Assembly: GCF_036365525.1 (NCBI RefSeq) | Contig: NC_090373.1 | Location: 73,051,271-73,115,270, forward strand | Length of the DNA: 64,000 nt | Direction: 5' to 3' | DNA from: Heterodontus francisci | Lineage: Eukaryota | Part shown: positions 48,701 through 61,605 of the stretch, in pieces | How the letters are laid out: every line of letters starts with the position of its first letter | Numbering within the stretch: position 1 is the stretch's first letter | Position numbers and translations under genes: made by a program | Notes under the pieces: generated by a model | Databases searched by the model: none | What the model saw: the letters and a program-made list of their open reading frames with translations, nothing else | What the model was told of the DNA's origin: nothing

Positions 48701-49973
48701 CTGACAAAGCCATGCTGACTATCCTTGATTAATCCCTGCCTCTCCATGTGGAGATTAATCCTGTGCCTCAGAATTTTTTCCAATAATTTCCCTACCACTG
48801 ATGTTAGACTCACTGGCCTGTAATTACCTGATTTATCCTTGCTACCTTTCTTGAATAATGGTGCCACATTCGCTGTCCTCCAGTCCTCTGGTACCTCTCC
48901 TGTGGCCAGAGAGGATTTGAAAATTTGTGTCCGAGCCCCTGTTATCTCCTCCCTTGCCTCACATAAAAGCCTGGGATACATCTCATCTGGGCCTGGGGAT
49001 TTATCCACCTTTAAGTCCGCTAAAACAGCTAACACTTCCTCCCTTTCAATGCTAATTTGTTCAAGGATATCACAATCCCCCTCCCTGATCACTACACCTA
49101 CATTGTCCTTCTCCATAGTGAACACAGATGAAAAGTAATCATTTTAAACCTCACCTATTTCCTCCGGCTCCACACACAGATTGCCACTTTGGTCCCTAAT
49201 GGTCCCTACTCTTTCCTTGGTTATTCTCTTGCTCTTAATTTAATTATAAAATGCCTTCAGATTTTCCTTTATCTTGCCTGCCAGTGTTTTTTCATGTCCC
49301 CTCTTCGCTATCCTAATTACCTTTTTTAAGTACCCCCCCTACACTTTCTATACTCCTCTCGGGCCTCCGCTGTTTTCAGTGCTTTGAATCTGCGATGTGT
49401 CCTTTTTTTTCCTTATCCAAACCTCTATATCTCTTGACATCCAGGGTTCCCTGAGTGTGGTGATCTGTACAGTGAGGTTACAGACTATACCTAACTGACG
49501 TCCTATACCCCGAGACTAGTGTTTCCTGCATCCTATTTCCCCTCACCACCATCCCTGAAGATTGTTGATGATAAGAATAATCAATTTATGCCCGATTCCC
49601 ATGATTCCCTGTACCTGTGTGAAAAATTTTGAAAAATGTGATCCTGATCCCTGAATACTATCAATTGTTTTGTCATTCCCCACCTACAGATCACTTCACA
49701 CAATAATGTTCTAAATTCTTAACATGTAAGTACATATATTTCAAAGAATCAATCATGCATGGACTTAAAAGATTCTCCTGCTCTCCCTTTCCCTGAATCC
49801 AACTTGTGGATAGTTTTTACTAAATATTATTACTCCCAAGCCTTTAATTATCCAGTCCAAATTTGTATCCCTTTTACTTTAATTTTATTCATTTTTATTA
49901 TTACCAGTATGTTCAATTCCATCATGATTGTTTTAAAGTCAGTTTCCGGAGTCAGTGCCTTGATTGTTTAACA
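45800..49973 (-). mobile_element. LTR-like AT-rich element (~2.1 kb after removing the nested CR1)
   Basis: Termini tgattag...tttaaca; gtga on both flanks (45799-45802 and 49974-49977); minus-strand AATAAA near 45896. Confidence 0.55.
47423..49451 (-). mobile_element. 5'-truncated CR1 LINE, RT region
   Basis: ORFs 48457..49125, 48044..48460 (SKFADDTK) and 47513..48016 joined by frameshifts; TSD tgagt on both sides. Confidence 0.93.
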
Positions 49974-50058
49974 GTGAACAGCTATTGGAACTCCTGGATC
50001 CCACTCTCCCCCGGAGAAGGACGTACCACAGTTGGCGCAGTGGGTGCAACCTCGCATC

Positions 50059-50264
50059 ATGGCTGAGACAAGACACTGGATGGCTCCATGGTTCAGTGAT
50101 GCCTCCCTGGAGAGTCTGCTTCAGGCTGCAAGGGAAAGGCGGGAGGTTTTCTTTCCAAGGGATGACACGAAGAAATCCTCCCGCCTGACCAAGCAAGCCT
50201 GGATGGAGATTGCAACTGGGTCTAGTGTCAGAAGAGGGTCAATGACCTCCTTCATTCTGCCAAG
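50059..50264 (+). pseudogene. Harbinger Myb/SANT-like exon
   Basis: MAETRHWMAPWFSDASLESLLQAARERREVFFP...KQAWMEIA, followed by the donor aag|gtgagt. Confidence 0.8.
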
Positions 50265-51344
50265 GTGAGTCCTCCACACTTCTCTCCTCTTTGGCGCTTG
50301 CATGTCAAATTTCTAGGCAAGCGTTTCTGTCTCTATTCTCCGGCCCACGACCTCACTAAATTCCACCCTTTGAGTGCCTGCAAAAAAATTCAAAGCAGCT
50401 GACACCATCCTGAGCCCGGATAATCCAACACCTAAACAATCCTTCAAGGGAACACTGAAAGTCGCTCAAAAAATGGACAAAGAAATGTTGTATTTTAGTT
50501 TTATGGGCCCAGGAGAAGGAGGCCTGACTTGCCAGCTGGTTAAGGGTGGGAGTCAGCTCATTTTACACACTCCCACTACCAACAAGTTGCAATGGGGTGC
50601 CCACTTCCCGCCTACAACTCACTGGTAGCATTTAACTCAGGCCTAAAAATGAACATGGCTCATGCCAACCAACACCGGCCTCAGGTGGGTGGCACGGTCA
50701 CTCCACCAACTTTGTGCTTATACCGGACAAAAGTCTAAAAGTGTACGCATATATTCTTACATGAATCAAAATGGCTGCTCAATGTTGTAAAGGTTCCTGC
50801 CCTTACGCCATTTGTTAGAAAAACACTGAACCTGAAATTCTATGGCTAGAGGCTGGCAGATCCCTCAGAGGAACTACATAAACTGCAACTTTCAGCCATA
50901 ATGCTATTTTTTGTGCGTCCTGCCGATGGCTTTCTGGAGTTACAACAGGAAACCAAAAAAAAAGAAGCACTTAGTCTTGTGAAAAACCATAATGGAGAAC
51001 TGCTGGGCACTTCAGGTAAAATGTATTTACAATGGGATAATATTTATCCTGATGCATGCAGTCCACAAGAGACATAAATTATTGATGAATACCCATCACA
51101 TTTGTACTGCTTTTGTGTGCTGTGGGTGGCTCAAGTTCCCCCTGATTGCAGCTCCTCTTCAAAGGCATGTTACAAACTACAATGGGCCGTAATTTGCTGT
51201 AGCAGGGCAAAGAATGGTGTTCATCACTTGATAGACTTGGCCTTGCCCTCGAAAGTGGAAATGGTTGGCAGGAAAGGTTCTACGCCTGATTTTCAGACAC
51301 CGTACTGGAGGTTCTCATGGGGAAACAGTGGCATAATGCCATAA

Positions 51345-51540
51345 AATCATAGTTATAGAATCAATTACGGCACAGAAGGGGGCCATTTGACCCATCAAGC
51401 CCATGCTGGCTCTCCAAGGAGCTATCCAGTCAGTCCCACTCCCCAACTTGATCCCTGTAGCCCTGCAAATATATTTCCTTCAAGTGGCCATCCAATTTCA
51501 TTTTGAAGTCATTGATTGAATCCACTTCCACCACCCTTGT
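51345..51540 (-). mobile_element. CR1 3' tail fragment
   Basis: ggcacagaagggggccatttgacccatc...tccacttccaccaccct. Confidence 0.75.
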
Positions 51541-51926
51541 GGTTATTACTACCCGCTGGACTAGTAATCCAGAAATCCAAGCTAGTACTCTGAAGGCCTG
51601 GGTTCAAATTCCACCATGGCAGCTGGTGGAATTTAAATTCAATTAATTAATAAATTCAATTCATTAATTAAAAACATCTGGAATTTGAAAGATGGTTTCA
51701 GTCATGGTGACCATAAAACTAACATCGATTGTCGTAAAAACCCATCTGGTTCACTAATGTCCTTTAGGGAAGGAAATCTGTCCTCCTTACTTGGTCTGGA
51801 CTACATTTGACTCCAGACCCACAGCAATGTGGTTGACTTTGAATTCAGTTGTCAAGGGCAATTTGGGATGGGCAATAAATGCTGTCCTTGCCAGTGACGC
51901 CCACCGCCCATGAAACGAATAAAAAA
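51541..51926 (+). mobile_element. tRNA-derived SINE: family-B head joined to family-B tail
   Basis: B box gggttcaaattcc; body as 1290-1490; junction tcagttg|tcaagggcaatttgggatggg. Confidence 0.85.
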
Positions 51927-52111
51927 TGGAGGGTGACCAGGACGAAGGAGTCAGTGGTGGATGATGTCAAGGCAAATATCCCATTAGCAATGGTCACAGG
52001 TGACAGAGCAGATGAAAGCGAGGAAATTGTCCACAACAGCTGTCTGCAATGCCACAAGAAATGCAATGATCTGACCAGAGCTGCTAAGATAAGACCCCTC
52101 CTCACAGCTCT

Positions 52112-53472
52112 CAATAGGGAAATTATTAGAGAGGATTCTTCGGGATAGGATTTACTCCCATTTGGAAACAAATGAACTTATTAGCGAGAGGCAGCATGGT
52201 TTTGTAAAGGGGAGGTTGTGTCTCACTAATTTGATTGAGTTTTTTGAGGAAGTGACGAAGATGATTGATGAAGGAAGGGCAGTGGATGTTGTCAGTAAAG
52301 CCTTTGACAAGGTCCCTCATGGCAGACTGGTACAAAAGGTGAAGTCACACGGGATCAGAGGGGAGCTGGCAAGATGGATACAGAACTGGCTCGGTCATAG
52401 AAGACAGAGGGTAGCAGTGGAAGGGTGCTTTTCTGAATGGAGGGATGTGACTAGTGGTGTTCCGCAGGGATCAGTGCTGGGACCTTTGCTGTTTGTAGTA
52501 TATATAAATGATTTGGAGGAAAATCTAGCTGGTCTGATTAGTAAGTTTGCGGACAACACAAAGGTCGGTGAAGTTGCGGATAGTGATGAGGATTGTCAGA
52601 GGATACAGCAGGATATAGATCGGTTGGAGACTTGGGCGGAGAAATGGCAGATGGAGTTTAATCCGGACAAATGTGAAGTAATGCATTTTGGAAGATCTAA
52701 TGCAGGTGGGAAGTATACAGTAAATGGCAGAACCCTTAGGAGTATTGACAGGCAGAGAGATCTGGGCGTACAGGTCCACAGGTCACTGAAAGTGGCAACA
52801 CAGGTGGATAAGGTAGTCAAGAAGGCATACGGCATGCTTGCCTTCATCGGTCGGAGCATAGAGTATAAAAATTGGCAAGTCATGCTGCAGCTGTACAGAA
52901 CTTTAGTTAGGCCACACTTAGAATATTGCATGCAATTCTGGTCGTCACACTACCAGAAGGACGTGGAGGCTTTGGAGAGGGTACAGAAGAGGTTTACCAG
53001 GATGTTGCCTGGTCTGGAGGGCATTAGCTATGAGGAGAGGTTGGATAAACTCGGATTGTTTTCACTGGAATGACAGAGGTGGAGGGGCAACATGATAGAG
53101 GTTTACAAAGTTATGAGTGGCATGGACAGAGTGGATAGTCAGAAGCTTTTTCCCAGGGTGGAAGAGTCAGTTACTAGGGGACATAGGTTTAAGGTGTGAG
53201 CGGCGAAGTTTAGAGGGGATGTGCGAGGCAAGTTCTTTACGCAGAGGGTGGTGAGTGCCTGGAACTTGCTGCCGGGGGAGGTGGTGGAAGCAGGTACGAT
53301 AGCGACGTTTAAGACGTTTAGGAGGCATCTTGACAAATACATGAATAGGAAGGGAATAGAGGGATACGGACCCCGGAAGTGCAGTAGGTTTTAGTTTAGG
53401 CAGGCATCAAGATCGGTGCCGGCTTGGAGGGCCGAATGGCCTGTTCCTGTGCTGTCCTGTTCTTTGTTCTTT
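52112..53472 (+). mobile_element. 5'-truncated CR1 LINE, close to the 31088 element
   Basis: ORF 52162..53073 (SKAFDKV, PQGSVLGP, FADN); TSD gctct at 52107-52111 and 53473-53477. Confidence 0.93.
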
Positions 53473-55060
53473 GCTCTGCTTAGGCCTGCATCACCTGTAG
53501 CCTCAGCACTCACAAGCCTTCCCTCCCCCTACGTCCCATCATTCTCCTGCTATTCCTGCACCAAATTTCACTCAACCACCTTCTGCTGCCACTTGCACGC
53601 TCTGCACTTGCTACTGTCCTCACAATTACTCCACTCACTCCCCCATACCAGCACATCTTTCACACACGATCCACACTATTCAACCCCGACAGGCACATCT
53701 TCACAACCCTCCAACATATTGACACATTCTTTCCCTTCTTCCAGAACAACCTGGCACACAATTCCGGGAGCAGACAAGGGCAGGAGAAGGACCTTCATCA
53801 CAAGTCCAATTCCCATTGGGAGAGCTATACTGGAACCTGTGGACAATGGATACATCAGGGACATCACAGCAGGTGAGGCTGGAGATTATGCTCTGCAGAG
53901 TGTTTGGCCATCTCCTTTCTTTTCTCATTGAACTCTCTCCTTGCACACTATGCAGGACTAAATGATGCTGTTTTGAGTTGCCTCTTACTTTGATCCCTCT
54001 TTTCTCTTTTCAGGACCATCACAAAGTAACAGGTCCAATCTCAGTGCAGGAAAAGGCAGACAAGCCTCCTGAACCTTATCTTTATAGGCACCAGTTCAGA
54101 GATTGGCACCCCACATAGGTTAGAGGATCAGTCAGGTATCTACATTTGGAAATTTGCTGTGTACAAGTGAGCAGGAGCAAGGATGGTGGAGGTGGGGTGA
54201 GGGGAGCAGTAGGACGGCCCAGGAACCAGCTCCGAGAAGTCCACACCTTAGCCCTACTGCAGGACGGCACAGATATTGACTTCAAAGGCCCAGTCTATAG
54301 AAGAAGACTGATGGTTGTGCATTGCTAACTGCTCAGTGCATTGGACTGTCTGTTGGGAGTTTGTGCACAAAGTTGAAAGCATTGCTTTTATAAACAATTG
54401 GTTTAAAATGAGACGAAACAACTGTCTGGTGTGCTTGAAATGCCAAACACAAATATTCCCTCAAAAGACAATAAAACAGATGGTTTTCTCATTACTGTGG
54501 ACTGTGATAGCTCTAGTTTGGGGAACTGTGTAGGCCTATTTGCAAACTGACATTGGTTCAATGTGTTTTAAGAGACAAAAATATTTTGAACCTTCATTAA
54601 CTCCAATGTAACTTTATTGTATCTTATGTTCCAATGTGTTAAAGTAGTAAGATTAATAATTTCCCTTTATTCAAAAATATTTCAAGGGACAAATTTGATT
54701 GCTGCAGTTTTTGGCCAGAGGATTCACGATCATCCCAAACCCAATCCCATTGAGGGAGGCAGATGCAAATTTCATGTGGCCTTCTCATTGGAATGATTGT
54801 AACTTACAGCCCAGCACTGAACAGGCTGCTGGCTGGCTGCACACTCAGCAGGGGGCCCAGCAGTGTGCATGGCTAGCATGTTTTTCAGTTAGCCTGCGCC
54901 TCTTAAGGTGGAACTACACTGATTACACAGAGGCTGGTGCTGACTGTGTAGGACTTAGCTATAGCTCCATGGAGAGACGGCATGCACTCGATGGGCCGAA
55001 TGGCCTTCCTCTGTGCTGTAAATGACTATGACTCTATGAGTTTAAAGAGAAGCACACCAA

Positions 55061-55275
55061 ATGGAGCTACAGGGAAGAGAAAGGGCTCCTAGGTTCTCTG
55101 ATGGTGCTGGAGGCATTAGTACAAGAGATGAAAAGGAGGAGGCCAGCCATATTACTACACGGCAACTGGAAGCCCTCAAGGCAAACTCTGAGTAGTGAAT
55201 AGGTGGCCAGGGAGATCAATTCCTGGAGTCTGCTCCTGAGTCTGGTCCAATGGCCTCACACAGGTGGTCAAGGTC
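55061..55275 (+). pseudogene. Harbinger Myb/SANT-like remnant
   Basis: MELQGRERAPRFSD, then frameshifted LEALVQEMKRRR; donor-like aag|gtcagt near 55272. Confidence 0.65.
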
Positions 55276-55404
55276 AGTGAATGGACCTTCACATGACATT
55301 TCCAACCCATCGCTCCATCAGTCTCTCACACTGCATGAACATGATGGGCCAAATGGCCTCCTTCTGGGCTGTAATTTTTTCTATGTTTCTATATTTCTAT
55401 GAAT

Positions 55405-57665
55405 GCTTGGTGGCAAGGGCTGCACTCTCATGATCACAAGGTTTTGGAGGATGCAGCTGACACCACAAACTTGCACACATTGCTCAGTTGAGTACTGGAG
55501 GCTCCCCCAATCAGTCCGGGCAGTGGAACTGTTGCTTCATGATGCTGATGGTTTACTCCATGATCTTCCTTCTGGCTGCATGGATCTCATTATAGGCGTA
55601 TTATACTTTCACAGTTGTGTGGTAGAGGGGAGTCATCAGCCAGATGTAGAGAGGGTATCCTTTGTCTCCAGCAAACAGCTTCTGGTTCATCGCGGTGGCC
55701 CATAGATGGCAGGAAAGGCAGACTGCCTCAGGACGAAGGCATCAAATCTGCTGCCAGGATAGCGAGCATACATCGACATGATGTTCTGGACATGTATGCA
55801 TACCAACTGAATGTTGCTGAAGTGGGAGCCCTTATGTTTCCTGGACCTCTCCACATTTATATTGGGGGCTTGCAGAGCCACGCACATGGAGTCGATGGCT
55901 CCCTGCACAACTGGGAATCCTGTTTAACTGGCAAAGGCAAGGACCCGCACATCTGCTTTGCTCTGGTAGGAGAGAAGACAATGAAGAACCTTCTCCTGGC
56001 ATAGAGGGCCTCTATCATCTCCCTGAAGCAGCTGTGGATATGGAACTGGGGAATGTCAGTAATGTAGAATCACACAATCATAGAATAGTTACAGCACAGA
56101 AGGCTGTTCAGCCCTTCATGTCTGTGCCAGCTTTCTGCAAGAGCAACTTAGTGAGTTCCACTCCCCAGTCCTTTCCCCATAGCCCTGCTTTTTTTTTCTG
56201 TGCAGATAATTATCCAATTCCCTTTTGAAAGCCACTCTCAGGCAGTGCATTCCACATCCTAACCACTTGCTGCGTAAAAAGGCTTTTCCTCATGTCGCCT
56301 TTGGTTCTTTGATCATTCAACTTAAGTCAGTGTCCTCTCGACCCTTCTGCCAATAGGAACTGTTTCTTCCTATCTACTCTGTCCAGACCCCTTATGATTT
56401 TGAACACCTCTATTAAATCTCCTCTCAACCTTCTCTTCTCCAAGGAGAACAGCCCCAGACTCTCCAATATATCCATGTAACTGAACCATTCTCATAAATC
56501 TTTTCTGCACCATCTCCAATTCCTTCCCATCTTTCCTAAAGTGCAGTGCCCAGAACTGGACACAATACTCCAGTTGAGGCCGAACCAATGTTTTATACAG
56601 GTTTACCATGACTTCCTTGCTTTCGTACTCTATGTCTCTATTTATAAAGCCCAGGAGCACATATGCCTTACTAACCACTTTCTCAACCTGCCTTGCCACT
56701 TTCAATGACTTGTGCACATATATCGCCAGGTTTCTCTGCTCCTGCACCCCCTTTAGAATTGTATCCTTTATTTTATATTGCCTCTCCTCATTTGTCCTAC
56801 CTAAATGTATCACTTCACACTTCTTTGCATGAAATTACATCTGCCACATGCATTCCACCAAACTGTCTATATCCTCTTGAAGTTTATCATTATTCTCCTT
56901 ACAATTCACAATACTTTCAAGTTCTGCAAATTTTGAAATTGTGCCCTGTACACCCAAGTCTAGGTCAACAGTATAGATCAAGAAAAGCAGTAGTGCTAAT
57001 ATTGCCTTATGGGGAGACCCGCTATATACGATCCTCCAGTCCGAAAAACAACCGTTCACCACTAGTCTCTGTTTCCTGTCACTTAGCCAACTTCATAGCC
57101 ATACTACCAGTGACCCTTTTATTCCATGGGCTTTGACTTTGCTGACAAGCCTATTATGTGACACTTTATCAAATGCCTTTTGGAAGTCCATGTGCATCAA
57201 TCAACCTCATCAAACCTCTCTGTTACCTCATCAAAACACTCAATCAAGTTAGTTAAATACAATTTTCCCTTTACAAAACTGTGCTGGCTCCCCTTAATTA
57301 ATCCGCATTTGTCCAAATGTCACTTTCTCCTGCCTGTAAGAATCTGTTTACATAGAAGTTGAGGGTGACAGTGACCTTGACAGCCACTGGCAGCATCATC
57401 CTTGCCCTGCTGTGTGGTTCAAGGTCCTGTTAAAGGAAGTGGCACTGTTCAGTGACCAACTCCTGGCTAAATCATAGGTGCTTCAGGCATTGTTCTTGGC
57501 TGAGATACAGTTGGGAGAAATGCTTCCTGAAGACCCTTGGTGGGTAGGGCCTTCTGTGGTGAACCCTCCTCCTTCTTTATCTGCACACAGCTTTCCCTCT
57601 CTGCAGCCTGATCTCCAGACCCCTGTTGTGCTGCAGCCCAAGGTCAATGACACTATAGCCCCCAT
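55405..57665 (-). pseudogene. Harbinger DDE transposase pseudogene split by a CR1
   Basis: VQGAIDSMCVAL, HKGSHFSNIQLVC, ARYPGSRFDAFVLRQS (55687-55908). N-terminal LPVAVKVTVTLNFY at ~57350-57392. Candidate ATG at 57665. Confidence 0.85.
56065..57320 (-). mobile_element. Decayed CR1 3' fragment
   Basis: ORF 56370..56813 LYKTLVRPQLEYCVQFW; tail near 56070. Confidence 0.9.
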
Positions 57666-58350
57666 AACTCTAGAAAGCTTTCTGTTGATAGCACATGAAT
57701 GGTGTAGTGTTTGAGCAATCAGGGTTTGATTGTATAAGTCAGTCCAAGTATTTATGCTCACTGTGTTTGATTGCTTAAGCCTCTGGGTGGAGCTGCAAAG
57801 TGAAAGTGAAACTAAGACTGCCAGAAGCTTCCACAGAATATTGGCTGCTCTCAAGACCTATACTGAAATCCTGTAAGAACTTTTAAGTTAATGTGTTGTA
57901 AATAAATGAGTTGGTTATTTAGCACAAGTGTGATATCTGCATTACTTGGAGTTAAATCAGATATTACAAACTAAACCCAGTAACCCAGTGTAAACATAAT
58001 GGCATGCCTGTACTAGCAACCTCAGAGGTATGGCATGCCATGCAGGCCATGAAAGAAGTGGCTGTAAGTGGTGCACACACCCTTTTCAGCTGCTCAGGCT
58101 TCTGTAGCGACAGCTGCAATGGCACTATGGAACCAAATTTTACAGCCTTCAATTTTTACAATATATAGCTCTATTTTGTAGGATTTAAGTAAATTCTGAA
58201 TGTCACCCACAAGATTTCAAACACTCATATTTGCCCTAGAACAAATCAATAAACCGTGTCAGCCACAAGTCAATGTTTGTGCATTTAGATGTCAAAAATT
58301 ACATTTAAGTTGGTGTGGTAATAACTATCTATTTCTTTTTCTATTTCCAG

Positions 58351-58408
58351 ATCCTCTGGAGTATTCCTTCAAAGAATAATGAAAACAATACGAGACCCTG
58401 GAATGTAA
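58351..58408 (+). other. Possible terminal coding exon of an unidentified host gene
   Basis: Strong acceptor atttctttttctatttccag, short open frames, then unique AT-rich sequence with ATTAAA near 58601. No partner exons found. Confidence 0.2.
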
Positions 58409-59394
58409 TTACAATAATGTGCTTACTCCCATCAGAGGACTATCTAGTGCTCAGTTAATAATATGCAAGTACTATACATTTCCATATATTTAAAAATGTA
58501 AAATGGAAGAAATGTACCCGAGTGAATTCAAAGATTAAAACAGACATTAGTGTAAATTTTACTTTGAATGCAAGAAAGAATACATTTGCAAATTACTTTT
58601 ATTAAAATGATATGCAACAAAAAGCATGGGGCAGCAACATCACAGCGATTCTACGAATACTTCATTTATGCACTCCTTTTAAGAATAAGTGGCAAATATT
58701 TGACAGCAACAATCGCATTTTGAAAGTACATTGCATTCACATTTATGTCACTCGACTATTATTTTGCAACACAGTTGCAAGTTACAAATAGCTTCAGTAA
58801 AGATTAGTTCCATGGATATTTATATGGCAGCTATTTCCCCTGTATTACTTTCAACATTGTACATATTTTCTCGTTAGGCACAAACTCCATTTAATTTTTT
58901 TTAAATGCTTGAAAGTATGCTCCAAAGAAATATGAGACAAAGGATATTTTAGTCAACCAAATAATTGTGAGAATTATAGAAGGAAAGTATTAATCTCCAG
59001 CTGTATATATCCAAAGTGAAGATAACTGTCATGTTGTAACTATGTATATTTCATTGGTTATGTTCCACAGAAGATGATAAACATGTTGTGTTAGGCCACT
59101 TTAAGCACTGGTGTTACATTCCCTTTATTATTTACTTGTATCACATTTTTATAATACTGACAAAGTATGTATCATGAAACAAGAAATTGCAATCTGTTTT
59201 ATTTTATTGCTGTTGCAAAAGGCCATCATATTCGCTGTTCAGGAGTTTTCAGAAGAAATAGTCTGTGAAAAGCTCCATCAGCCATGTAGAAAACAAAAGA
59301 TAATGGCACGGTCGTTCTTTGATACCAATGATTTATCATAGTTTTAATTTCAACTGTGTCTCAGCTTGCAACCACTATTAATCCACTACTAAAG

Positions 59395-59485
59395 CTGGAA
59401 AAAAAACTCAAAAAGAAAATGTTGGAAACATTCAGCAGGTCAGGCACATTAACGCTTCAGGTGTGGGCCCTTTTTTTCAGAATTG
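59395..59485 (-). repeat. Degenerate Penelope-type terminal repeat
   Basis: gaaaatgttggaaacattcagcaggtcaggca...ttaacgcttcagg; hammerhead core mutated. Confidence 0.55.
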
Positions 59486-61211
59486 AATCAAAAATGCAGA
59501 TAAAAGCACATATAAAGGAACAAATAAGTTCCCAGCTGTCTTGGAGTGGAGCCCTTCTATCAGTACACACCATCAGTGGGGCAGTCATCACCCTTGTTGA
59601 CCAGTTTTCTTCTTCTCATAGACTGTTGGATTCTGTTCCAGTTTACCAGCTTTTCCTGTTGCCATATCAGATGTGCTTTACCTCTGTCTCAGTTATTCAT
59701 ATGTTCTCTGAGTCCCCTAAATGTTTTCCTTTTTTTCATTATACTTCTCATTAGTTTGTTACTATTCTGTCAGCTATTTAACTATGTCCTTTTCTCTATG
59801 TAAGCACTTGAGGGTCTATTTTACTTCCTGTCTTGTATTTGTGTTGTCCTCTTCCCCCGTTGTTTTGTTCTACCCCCTTTTTAACACTCTTTTGCTGTCA
59901 ATTAGGGCTGGCTCCTGGGCAGGGAACCTGCTCAGAAACCCCACCCATTGGATATTGGGGCCCTGGATTTCAGATTTCCAGTATCAAGCAGTTTTTGCTT
60001 TTAATTTATAAATGAATTACCATTACTTTGGTAGAAATACAGGATACATTTGTAACTGACTTCTTATTTGACACTGTGAAGAGATTCTACAGTTTGCATA
60101 TGATACCAAATATACAAACCCTTCACTTGGACTTTTAGGAAGTGAGAGTCGACTCCAGCAAGAATGTAAAGTGAACAGTAGGTAATTGACTGCTCATTGT
60201 GTACTTCGCCCAATGGGATGTGTAACAGACGGTTGATTAACTATCACTCATTTTACGCTCTCACCAGAGGTGAATTTTACCACTTTAGGGTCTTTTTTCC
60301 TTACTGTCAAAAGCAACCATGTAAAAATGGCCCATCAAGGTGGTAAGCTCTCCTCATGAAGTAGTGCCCCTGGGTGCCAGAGTGTTATTAGTGTTGAAAC
60401 TAAATAGCCCGTGCCACTGTCACTTACATCTTGAATGTATCAGATTATGGCTGCTGTAAGATTAGCAAGTTATTGATATTAGGAACCAGAATTATTTTGT
60501 GAATATCCAGCATGATTGTGTGAATAAAATTATTAATCTTGTAGACCCCAGTGCAAATAATGTCACTGTAAAATTGTTCTATTGCAGAGTATGGCAAAGA
60601 TTAATGAGTTGTTACTCAGCACACTTTCATAAGGAATATTCAGCTTTATCTGGTATCCTTTATTTTCAGCTGCTAGTGAGAGCTGGCATGCAGTCTTATT
60701 ACGTTTATCGTAATCTGAATTTTTGTATTAATATAATTGTATCTTTGCAATTTCAATGTAGGAACCCATTAAAGGAAGGATTAAACTACAGGGCTTTCAC
60801 AGGTAGTCTTACCATAAAGTTTATGGTTCAAAAGCACAATGGCTCAGCTTCATAACTTACAACATTTCTCTATTATTTTACCGAACATTGCAAGCTGCCT
60901 CTATTATTCTTTACATAATCTAGAATTTATATATTCCACAACTTAGGTACAAACCATAAACTATTATGTAGTACAAAAACTTGCATTTATGTAACACCTT
61001 TAATGTTGGAAAACATGCAATGTTTTCTCTATAAGCAATCTATTCTTTTGATTGCACTGCATCTCCTTCCCGTTAACAGTGATATTATCCTTATGGCCTT
61101 GTAAGTCCATTATTTTATATCATGAACATTTGCCCTTGAGATGATACAGTAACAAACAGAACATGCCTTTTCTCATGATCTGTATCAGTGTGCATGTAGG
61201 TTTTGTTTAAA

Positions 61212-61605
61212 AATTCTTTCTTGGAATGTGGGTGTCGCTGGAAAGGCCAGCATTTGTTGCCCATCCCAAACTGCCCTTGAGAACTGAGTAGCTTGCTAGG
61301 CCATTTCAGAGGGCAGTTAATAATCAACCACATTGCTGTGGGTCTGGAGTCACATGTAGCCCAGACCAGGTAAGGACGGCAGATTTCCTTCCCAAAGGAC
61401 ATTAGTGAACCAGATGTGCTTTTACAACAATTGGTGATAGTTTCATGGCACCATTACTGAGACTAGCTTTCAATTCCAGATTTTTATTAATTAATTGAAT
61501 TTAAATTCCACCAGCTGCCATGGTGGTATTTGAACCCGTGTCCCCAGGGTATTAAACTGGGCTTCTGGATTACTAGTTCAGTGACATTATCACAATGCCA
61601 TTGTC
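61212..61605 (-). mobile_element. Full-length tRNA-derived SINE (family-B head plus tail)
   Basis: Minus strand tggcattgtgataatg (A box), gggttcaaatacc (B box), junction ctcagtt|ctcaagggcagtttgggatggg. Confidence 0.88.

Larger units (their letters stand above)
45627..50700 (+). mobile_element. Harbinger derivative carrying a Myb exon, split by an LTR-like insertion (parts 45627-45799 and 49974 to ~50700)
   Basis: Left TIR gggctgaattta at 45627; GC-rich sequence resumes at 49974 and leads into a Myb-like ORF. Right end approximate. Confidence 0.6.
51184..54330 (+). mobile_element. Fragmented Harbinger derivative with Myb remnant, split by CR1 and SINE insertions
   Basis: TIR-like gggccgtaattt at 51184; CLQCHKKCNDLTRAAK at 52040-52088. 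Extent approximate. Confidence 0.5.
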
